Positions 57,459 through 64,000 of a stretch of DNA of 64,000 nucleotides are shown here, in pieces. Position 1 is the stretch's first letter. The number at the start of each line of letters is the position of its first letter. A program made the translations under genes and the position numbers. The DNA is taken from the NCBI GenBank assembly GCA_964536205.1, contig CAZHVT010000005.1, positions 24,076 through 88,075 of the forward strand, in the 5' to 3' direction. The notes beneath the pieces are model-generated. The model was not told where the DNA came from, made no database searches, and was given only the letters and a program-made list of their open reading frames with translations. This DNA comes from an uncultured Gammaproteobacteria bacterium. Its GTDB lineage: Bacteria; Patescibacteriota; Patescibacteriia; Magasanikbacterales; GCA-002688135.

Positions 57459-58400
57459 ATGGAACTTCGAGGGGTTGATTTTGGGCATGTGCTGGGTGCT
57501 TCCGGTGTCGAGGGTTTTTTTGGCGAGGGGTATTGGTATCACAAGTATGCTCGTCCTTTTGGGATGAATTTTGATGGCATGACTTTTGTGTCGAAAACGA
57601 CCACATTACATGCGCGCGCTGGAAATACATCTGGAAATGAAAGATTTCCGAACTGTATTGTAGTAAAACCACTGAAATCGATTGCTCTGAATTCTATGGG
57701 ATTGCCGGGACCTGGCGCTGGTGTACTCTTGCGCACAGATGGTTGGCAGCGCCGAACGAAACCATTTTTGATTTCGTTTATGTCTATTGAAAAGACTCCG
57801 GAAAATCGGATTGGTGAATTTACGCAGTTTTGTCGATTACTTGTTGAGCATCGGATTCGATTTCGCGCGTCGTTTGGTTTGCAGATCAATGTGTCCTGTC
57901 CGAATGCCGGGCTTGATACGACTCATCTTATTGATGAGGTGAAGGAATATGTGCGGATTGCAAATCAGCATCTTGATATTCCTATCATGATTAAAATCAA
58001 TGCGCTTGTTCTTGTGGCCGCGGCCAAACAAATGAGTTTCATTGATGGCTGTGATTCGATTTGTGTTTCTAACACAATTCCATGGGGCAAGCTTCCGGAA
58101 AAAATCGATTGGAAGGGATTGTTTGGAACCGATGAATCCCCACTCAAACATTTGGGTGGAGGCGGTTTATCTGGTGCGCCGCTGTTGCCGATTGTCGAAC
58201 AATGGGTACGCGAGGCGCGAATGTCCGACATTTCCATTCCGATCAATGCAGGTGGTGGGATTTTGTCCCCCGCTGATGCAGAGCGACTTATTGACGCTGG
58301 CGCAGATTCGGTGTTTATCGGATCAATGGCGTTTTTACGTCCATGGCGTGTGGCGAAGACAATCAGACACATCAACAAACTCATGGAAAGGAGAGCGTAA
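57459..58400 (+). CDS. pyrD: Dihydroorotate dehydrogenase (class 1 catalytic subunit-like).
   Basis: NVSCPNAG motif, GGGLSG, a C-terminal GGI loop and a TIM-barrel-sized length. Confidence 0.65.
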   Translation: MELRGVDFGHVLGASGVEGFFGEGYWYHKYARPFGMNFDGMTFVSKTTTLHARAGNTSGNERFPNCIVVKPLKSIALNSMGLPGPGAGVLLRTDGWQRRTKPFLISFMSIEKTPENRIGEFTQFCRLLVEHRIRFRASFGLQINVSCPNAGLDTTHLIDEVKEYVRIANQHLDIPIMIKINALVLVAAAKQMSFIDGCDSICVSNTIPWGKLPEKIDWKGLFGTDESPLKHLGGGGLSGAPLLPIVEQWVREARMSDISIPINAGGGILSPADAERLIDAGADSVFIGSMAFLRPWRVAKTIRHINKLMERRA

Positions 58401-58401
58401 C

Positions 58402-59547
58402 GTGACTACATCCATCACCATCCGAAGGCCAGATGATTTTCATCTGCATCTGAGACAAGACGATCAACTGAAAGAAGTTCTGGGCTACTCGGCGAATGTG
58501 TTTGGTCGGGTTATTCCGATGCCAAATATTCGCACGAAAGATAAGCCTTTTAAAAAGAACATGCCGTCACCACCTGTGTGGAATGCTTCTACCATGGAAT
58601 TGTATCGTCGTGAGATTAAAGGTGTTTTACATGGACGATGTATGCCTATGCGTGAAAGTAAGATGCAACTTCTTATGAGTATCGCACTTCTTGATGAGAC
58701 GAGGCCAGAGCACATATATGGCGCAGTGGAAGCTGGTGCTGTGATTGCGAAAGCTTATCCGAAAAATCCGGAAGATGAGCAGGCTCCCAATAATATCTCA
58801 TCGATTCTGAATGGTCCTGTTGGTGAGATGACGACGAATTCCGAATATGGCGTAACTGATTTCCGCGAACCACAATTCCAACCGACCCTTGAGGCGATGA
58901 GAATTAACGGTTTGGTGCTTTCCATTCATGGCGAGCAGCCCGGTAAATTTTGCATGGACCGCGAGCGAGAATTTCTCCGAACATTGGTCTGGCTGCATGA
59001 GCATTTCCCTGATCTCAAGATTGTACTTGAACATATCACTTCGAAAGCCGCACTTGATTGCGTTCGCTCTCTTGGTGAGAGTGTAGCCGCAACCGTTACG
59101 GTTCATCATCTGATTTTGACATTAGATGATGTGATTGGTGGGAAGATCAATCCACACAACTTCTGCAAACCGATTGCGAAACGTCCTGAAGATCAGGAAG
59201 CTTTGCTTGGTGCAGTACTTGAAGGTTTCCCGCGTTTGTTCTTGGGAACTGATAGCGCTCCCCATCTTCGTGAAACGAAGGAATGTGCTGATGGTTGTGC
59301 CGGGGTGTTTAGCGCGCCCGTGGCGATGCAGGTTCTGTGTCAGTTATTTCAAGAGTGCGATGCACTTGATCGACTCGAACCATTCACATCTGAGTTTGGT
59401 GCGCGATTCTATGGATTGCCGCTAAATGATGATACGATCACACTGGTTTTCGAGCCTTGGGTTGTGCCGCAACTTTGTGGTGGCGTTGTTCCATATATGG
59501 CTGGTCGCACACTCAATTGGCAGATTGAAGGCGTGGAGGTGTTCTAA
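58402..59547 (+). CDS. pyrC: Dihydroorotase (E. coli class II type). A GTG start lies 8 nt after an AAAGGAG Shine-Dalgarno. The ORF-track N-terminal extension into pyrD is rejected.
   Basis: ITIRRPDDFHLHLRQDD aligns with the E. coli PyrC N-terminus (KIRRPDDWHLHLRDGD). There are also FLGTDSAPH and CAGCF-like blocks (ADGCAGVFSAP). Confidence 0.65.
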   Translation: MTTSITIRRPDDFHLHLRQDDQLKEVLGYSANVFGRVIPMPNIRTKDKPFKKNMPSPPVWNASTMELYRREIKGVLHGRCMPMRESKMQLLMSIALLDETRPEHIYGAVEAGAVIAKAYPKNPEDEQAPNNISSILNGPVGEMTTNSEYGVTDFREPQFQPTLEAMRINGLVLSIHGEQPGKFCMDREREFLRTLVWLHEHFPDLKIVLEHITSKAALDCVRSLGESVAATVTVHHLILTLDDVIGGKINPHNFCKPIAKRPEDQEALLGAVLEGFPRLFLGTDSAPHLRETKECADGCAGVFSAPVAMQVLCQLFQECDALDRLEPFTSEFGARFYGLPLNDDTITLVFEPWVVPQLCGGVVPYMAGRTLNWQIEGVEVF

Positions 59548-60251
59548 TGACTGATCTATTTGAACAACATTTCGAGCATCAGAATGTTCCGACAACTGTT
59601 GCCGAAGTTGAGGCGATACTTGCCGATCTTGAGCTTATTGTCACAGGCGATCACTTTGTTTACAAAAGTGGTGAGCACGGTGATGCATATGTGAACAAGA
59701 ATTACGTGACGCTTTTCCCGGAGTTAGTGAAACATATCGCACGATTGATGGCCAAGCAGCTCAGACATCGTGGCACCGAACTGATTGTGTCTCCTGCAAC
59801 TGGTGGTATTTCGCTGGGTCAGTGGGTCGCACATGAAATGCGCGTTGATCCAACGCTTTCAAATCCTCTCTTCATCTACGCAGATAAAGCTGGTGAAGAT
59901 CGGTTTGTGATTCGTCGGAACTACGACAAGCTTGTTTCTGGAAAACGTGTTGTCGTTGTTGAAGATATCGTCAACAGCGGTTTGACATCGCGCATGCTGA
60001 TGACTGAAGTTGAGCGATTAGGCGGATCTGTCGTCGTACTTTCCGCGTTGTACAATCGCGGTGGACGAACGGAGGATGATTTTCCTCTGCCTAACGGAAG
60101 CGACTGCCCATTTTGCCCGCTTATCAACCGACAACTTCGTAAGTTTCCTGGCGATGACTGTCCTTTATGTCAGGCCGGAAAACCGATCAATACAGATCTT
60201 GGACATGGCGCTGCATTTGTTGCGGAGCATGGCCAGCCAAAAGCTGTATAA
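59547..60251 (+). CDS. pyrE: Type I phosphoribosyltransferase, most likely orotate phosphoribosyltransferase, with a C-terminal CxxC…CxxC zinc-ribbon extension.
   Basis: PRPP-binding motif VVVVEDIVNSGLT and an OPRTase-like N-terminal hood (FVYKSGEHGDAYVN). The ATG overlaps the pyrC TAA. The C-terminus reads DCPFCP…DCPLC. Confidence 0.5.
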   Translation: MTDLFEQHFEHQNVPTTVAEVEAILADLELIVTGDHFVYKSGEHGDAYVNKNYVTLFPELVKHIARLMAKQLRHRGTELIVSPATGGISLGQWVAHEMRVDPTLSNPLFIYADKAGEDRFVIRRNYDKLVSGKRVVVVEDIVNSGLTSRMLMTEVERLGGSVVVLSALYNRGGRTEDDFPLPNGSDCPFCPLINRQLRKFPGDDCPLCQAGKPINTDLGHGAAFVAEHGQPKAV

Positions 60252-60290
60252 AAAAGATACCCGACACGCATGCGTGTCGGTTTTTATTTT
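60252..60290. terminator. Bidirectional rho-independent terminator between convergent genes.
   Basis: ACCCGACACGCATGCGTGTCGGGT, flanked by A5 and TTTTTATTTT. Confidence 0.75.
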
Positions 60291-62287
60291 GAGGCGTATG
60301 TGAATACGTCGTTTGAGAGTGTGATCAATTCTAATTTGTGGTCGTTATCAATATCTGAAAGATGTACTTGTACACCTCGTGAGTTTTTTACTGATCCTGT
60401 AAAATATTCGTTTTTTAAGTCGCCTGTATTTGAGTAAATTTTTACGTGTGGGCCTCCACCGATTCCTGTTCCTGTGATGATTTCATTTTGTGCATCGTCA
60501 TCAATATTTCCGATTGCAACATGAACTCCGCCGTGGAAGTATCGTGTGTATGGAATCCATGAGCGTATATATGATCCATTTGATTCTAAAAGATGTACTC
60601 GTGGTGTAGTGCCTTTTCCTGTTCCCACAGCAATATGTGACTTACTCACCGCAATATTGATTCCAATGTGTTTTGGAATACTTGGAACTCGTTTTACTCC
60701 GCCCACCTCTTTTCCAAATTGTTCGTAAATTCTATATTCTGGTGCGCCTGTTTTTCTTCCAACTACAATATCTTTGCTTCCGTCATTATTAAAATCTGTG
60801 ATGGCGATTGAGAGTTCTCCTGTGTATCCAATAAATGGCTCCATAACTCCGCGTACGTGCTTTCCACGACTAAAAGTTTTTATTAATCCGTTGTTTGCTG
60901 TGAGCACATCATCAAATCCATCACCATCTAAATCTGTGGTGAGTAATTGTGTTCCACCTAGAATGTTTTCGTTGTATGCGAAAAATCCATTTCGTTTTTT
61001 TGTTCCATCAATATCATAAATTCGCACAAATGATCCATTTGCATATGCGACATTTTTTACAACTCCGAGTGGACGCAGCAAGATTTTTCCATCATTACTT
61101 GCAAGTTTAATTGATTCGACTATTCTTCCGTTGTTGTGAAGTGGATCCTGCTTTCCACGAATCGCTTCAAATTCCCCTCCTAAATCAATATCTTGAGAAT
61201 TGGATGTTGCATTTACGATTGCCACACCATTTGCAAATTCTCGCTTCCATACCCCATCTGAAATTTTACTGTGCTCTACAAAATCTTTTTTTGCCTTGCT
61301 CTTTGCATCCCCCAACACCACATCATATTCATCATAACGCCATGTTTCTGCATGTGTTGCATCTCCGTTATCGAAACTGTAGTAGGCGTCTGTGAGTAGC
61401 GTGCTTGTCAGTCCGAATCGCATGTGACGGTAATCTTGAAGAAATCCTGAATTTTGTACATTTGAATTTAAAATAGAAACTGTTGGTGTCAGACTTTTTG
61501 ATTCAACATCCTTTGTTTTGTTTAGTCCATGTGCGAAATTATCTTCTCCGAAATGTTCGTACAGCGCACCGTTTACATGTGGTGCATAGACGTGACCACC
61601 ATTTGCGATGATGATTTTATCTGGATGCAAATGTTTTGTTTTTTGGAAAATTTTCACCATGCCGTCACGCCATTGATTGTCGTTGTGTGGACGTTGCGTG
61701 TCTAATTTTCCATCTCGATTCAAATCTGTTCCTTGTGGCATAAAGTATGAAATGTTGTCCCATGAGTTATCATAAAAGACACCATCCCATAATTCATTTG
61801 ATAGAATATTTTTCGATACAAACTCTGGCAAAAAGTCATTCCATTTTTGGTTCGCATTATTTTTTCCAGATCCATTTGTTACATTCAATAATTTTGTTCC
61901 TGGCCACCAACTCAATTGTTTCCCATTTTGATCTGTGAGCCACCAACTTTTGTGAATACTATTGTTTAGTTTGTATCGCAGCGGAGAACTGTGTTGGAGT
62001 GATGTTGCATCTCGACGAATTTCTTGTGAAGTGATATATGCGAGAATCACTATGTCAGGATTTTTTGCTCGCATGCGTTTCATGAGATTTCTCGAGTGAT
62101 TCTGAACCTCCATATCTAGGACTACTACATCCCATTTTGATAGTGCATCAGCTTGCGCGGCTGTTAATTTCCATTCTAAAAATACATTTGCGATTTTGGG
62201 ATATTGATGATTTTCGACATTCGCGTGCGCAACGTTTCCAACCAATAAAAAAATGAGGCTGAGAACCCCACCGACAGCAAATCTCAT
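60284..62287 (-). CDS. Secreted protein with an N-terminal putative glycoside-hydrolase-like (TIM-barrel-like) region and C-terminal FG-GAP/VCBS-type beta-propeller repeats. The start is set at MRFAVGG… (signal peptide).
   Basis: FG-GAP-like Ca-binding loops DLDGDGFDDVL, TDFNNDGSKDIVVG, GNIDDDAQNEIITG. Signal peptide VLSLIFLLVGNVAHA. Confidence 0.45.
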   Translation of the reverse strand: MRFAVGGVLSLIFLLVGNVAHANVENHQYPKIANVFLEWKLTAAQADALSKWDVVVLDMEVQNHSRNLMKRMRAKNPDIVILAYITSQEIRRDATSLQHSSPLRYKLNNSIHKSWWLTDQNGKQLSWWPGTKLLNVTNGSGKNNANQKWNDFLPEFVSKNILSNELWDGVFYDNSWDNISYFMPQGTDLNRDGKLDTQRPHNDNQWRDGMVKIFQKTKHLHPDKIIIANGGHVYAPHVNGALYEHFGEDNFAHGLNKTKDVESKSLTPTVSILNSNVQNSGFLQDYRHMRFGLTSTLLTDAYYSFDNGDATHAETWRYDEYDVVLGDAKSKAKKDFVEHSKISDGVWKREFANGVAIVNATSNSQDIDLGGEFEAIRGKQDPLHNNGRIVESIKLASNDGKILLRPLGVVKNVAYANGSFVRIYDIDGTKKRNGFFAYNENILGGTQLLTTDLDGDGFDDVLTANNGLIKTFSRGKHVRGVMEPFIGYTGELSIAITDFNNDGSKDIVVGRKTGAPEYRIYEQFGKEVGGVKRVPSIPKHIGINIAVSKSHIAVGTGKGTTPRVHLLESNGSYIRSWIPYTRYFHGGVHVAIGNIDDDAQNEIITGTGIGGGPHVKIYSNTGDLKNEYFTGSVKNSRGVQVHLSDIDNDHKLELITLSNDVFTYASK

Positions 62288-62291
62288 CAAC

Positions 62292-63533
62292 TTATGATTG
62301 ACGCGACTTGATGGCTTTTTTGTATATGTTGATAAGCGATTCATAATGAGTATCTTCATCATTCACCTTCTTTAATTGCGCTTGCGCAGCTTTGCCGAAA
62401 GCACGAATTAATGGCTTATCGTACCACAATTTTCGGATTTTGTCAATCCATTGATCGATATTATCATGCGCGCAAATAAACCCATTTTTTTTATTTTTTA
62501 TAATCTCTGGAATTCCGCCCAAATCTGAACCTATCGCCCCCCGACCTGCAGCAAATTGCTCTAATAATGAGATAGGATAATTTTCGTACCATTGCGAAGG
62601 GATAAGCAAAAATGCAGATTTCTCTCTTAACTTTTTGACTTTAGCAGCTGATACATGTCCATGCAATTTCACGTTCCGTAAGTCTTGTGCTTGAATCAAC
62701 ATCTCAACATCATGTCGAAGCGGTCCATCTCCCGCGATATCAAAAGTGATGTCTCTAAATACTTTTGCGCATTGCAACACCACATTAATTCCTTTTTCCC
62801 GTGCGAGTCGTCCTACATATAAAATATTATCTCCCGGAGCCGAGGCTTTTTCTTCTGCCTCAAGTCCATAGTGCAGCACATCGATATTCTTTCCGCTTCT
62901 CCCCCACTCTACATTTTTTTTCTTCATGAAATCACTTGGCGCAATAAATCTATCAATATATTTGTCATACCACCCGAACAATGACTGCGCGTACATTTCT
63001 GTAGCGACTACTGCTGATGCGGCACGTGAATCAAAAATACATTTGAACTTTACTGCTTTGTAATACTTTCTGCTTTTGCATCTTTCGCAAATACTTCCTT
63101 GTGTGAACATTGCGTGATTTGGACAGAGTCGTTTGTAATCGTGCAGTGTTTGAACAACTGGAATTTCATGTCTTTTTAAAACCCCGAGAATGCTTGGCGA
63201 GAGATGATGATAGATGTTGTGGATGTGTGCAATTTCCGGACGTTCGTCTGTGCATAATCGATCTAGTTTTTTTGCAGCTTCTTTTGAATAAATAATTCCG
63301 AGCGCTTCTTTCGCCTTGAGCGTCAGTTTTCCCTTTGCTTCATAATCATCTCGAGATATATTTCGCTGATCAACAAAATATTTTTTGTATTTTGTTTTGA
63401 TATTTTTTTTGTGATCCATTCCAAAGTATGACACATCGTGTCCATGTTTTTTTAGATATTCTGCGGTGTCTATTGCATATACGTCTGCACCGCCGTGTCT
63501 GTACCAAAATTTGTTAATCTGGAGCACCTTCAT
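62292..63533 (-). CDS. GT4 glycosyltransferase.
   Basis: GT-B fold with an E-x7-E-like motif: QWYENYPISLLEQFAAGRGAIGSD. Confidence 0.65.
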   Translation of the reverse strand: MKVLQINKFWYRHGGADVYAIDTAEYLKKHGHDVSYFGMDHKKNIKTKYKKYFVDQRNISRDDYEAKGKLTLKAKEALGIIYSKEAAKKLDRLCTDERPEIAHIHNIYHHLSPSILGVLKRHEIPVVQTLHDYKRLCPNHAMFTQGSICERCKSRKYYKAVKFKCIFDSRAASAVVATEMYAQSLFGWYDKYIDRFIAPSDFMKKKNVEWGRSGKNIDVLHYGLEAEEKASAPGDNILYVGRLAREKGINVVLQCAKVFRDITFDIAGDGPLRHDVEMLIQAQDLRNVKLHGHVSAAKVKKLREKSAFLLIPSQWYENYPISLLEQFAAGRGAIGSDLGGIPEIIKNKKNGFICAHDNIDQWIDKIRKLWYDKPLIRAFGKAAQAQLKKVNDEDTHYESLINIYKKAIKSRQS

Positions 63534-64000
63534 AACGTATATTCATAAATAGACACTCGATCTTGCGATGGTTTATCTAATTGGGTTGGTTCCCATGGAT
63601 CGATTGGAAATACGTACGAAACAACGCGCGTTCCTGGATTACAACTCTCTTCTAATTTTTTTGCCAGTCTTTTTTTCATGGGTCCAGGCATTCCAAAAAT
63701 ATAAATGATGTTTGCGTCGGAATAATCGCTGTCAAAACAACTCTCATGACGAACCTCAAAACGATCTTTCTTTCCGATTTTTTTTCTGATTTGGGAGATA
63801 AGTGCCATCGGCCATGCTCTTTCAATTCCCACTACTTTTGCGTCGCTATTATCATGCACGTATAAACTTACTCGACCGTTTCCACATCCTATTTCATATA
63901 CGGTATCATCTGGCCCCGCATTAATCATCTTGTGAATTCTTTCTAAATCTTTTTTGCGCGCAGGCACCCACGGCGCTAAAGAGTATCCCGCGATTCCCAT
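63530..64000 (-). CDS. Small class I SAM-dependent methyltransferase. Its N-terminus is at or beyond the window edge.
   Basis: YEIGCGNGRVSLYV, then an acidic residue after beta-2 (VGIERAW). Confidence 0.55.
   Translation of the reverse strand: MGIAGYSLAPWVPARKKDLERIHKMINAGPDDTVYEIGCGNGRVSLYVHDNSDAKVVGIERAWPMALISQIRKKIGKKDRFEVRHESCFDSDYSDANIIYIFGMPGPMKKRLAKKLEESCNPGTRVVSYVFPIDPWEPTQLDKPSQDRVSIYEYTL

Noticed and set aside
58042-58401. Long N-terminal extension of the pyrC ORF overlapping pyrD in another frame.
   Set aside because: The conserved PyrC N-terminus (ITIRRPDDFHLHL) begins at a GTG at 58402. This is preceded by an AAAGGAG Shine-Dalgarno and follows the pyrD stop directly. The extension is an ORF-finder artefact.
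1-64000. IS elements, transposases, integrases or prophage genes that could explain the compositional islets.
   Set aside because: No DDE, serine or tyrosine recombinase-like ORF, inverted terminal repeat pair or target-site duplication could be recognised. The islets are therefore reported as compositional anomalies only.

Overview
This window is low-GC (about 40% on average) bacterial sequence with UGA/UAA/UAG stops, overlapping ATGA gene junctions and mostly weak Shine-Dalgarno sites. The gene content resembles small-genome CPR/Patescibacteria-type bacteria: many glycosyltransferases, O-antigen-ligase/TPR paralogues, an ECF sigma factor and a giant surface protein. This is an impression from content, not a taxonomic assignment. 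Almost the entire window is one surface-glycan and glycoprotein 'supercluster'. (i) Positions 1-18.4 kb are a long co-directional minus-strand array with ATGA-coupled junctions encoding SAM methyltransferases, GT2, GT4 and GT-C membrane glycosyltransferases, and an ArnC/GtrB-like GT2 fused to an ArnT/GtrC-like GT-C domain. It also encodes GDP-fucose synthase, two SDR epimerases/dehydratases, a sugar N-formyltransferase, a CE4 deacetylase, a hexapeptide acyltransferase and a NUDIX enzyme. (ii) Positions 18.4-35.2 kb hold an MBOAT plus AlgJ/DltD-like O-acylation pair, a second GT2-GT-C fusion followed in frame by a start-less GT2 ORF, and a methyltransferase-GT2 fusion. They also hold an AsnB-like amidotransferase, a UDP-GlcNAc-2-epimerase-family enzyme, GT4 enzymes including a tandem GT4-GT4 protein, and a divergent epimerase plus GT4 pair. 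(iii) Positions 35.2-48.6 kb carry four paralogous Wzy_C (O-antigen ligase/PglL-like) membrane proteins with C-terminal TPR domains. They surround a GC-richer gene for a secreted or lipoprotein-type protein that has a poly-acidic Ser/Thr/Asp linker and about 14 Cys-rich 'CxDxxPCTxDxC' repeats. An Ig-like secreted protein and a 1231-aa Thr/Ser/Gly-rich S-layer or adhesin-like protein lie downstream. A 476-bp structured non-coding region and an ECF sigma factor/anti-sigma pair lie upstream of the giant gene. (iv) Positions 54.8-64 kb contain an HTH-regulated three-gene surface-protein cassette, a pyrD-pyrC-pyrE operon (the PyrE-like protein has a C-terminal zinc ribbon), an FG-GAP beta-propeller secreted protein, a GT4 and another methyltransferase. 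The intergenic DNA is unusual. Two families of hairpin-forming repeats recur: tandem heptamers, and inverted CGTAATGAGTAAAGCG arms that flank small GTCGCC-N3-GGCGAC hairpins. A GC-rich palindrome and its half copy punctuate the operons. Two compositional islets look horizontally acquired: a low-GC zinc-ribbon/DUF4145-like gene and a high-GC orphan gene with twin terminators. No rRNA, tRNA, CRISPR array or transposase was recognised.
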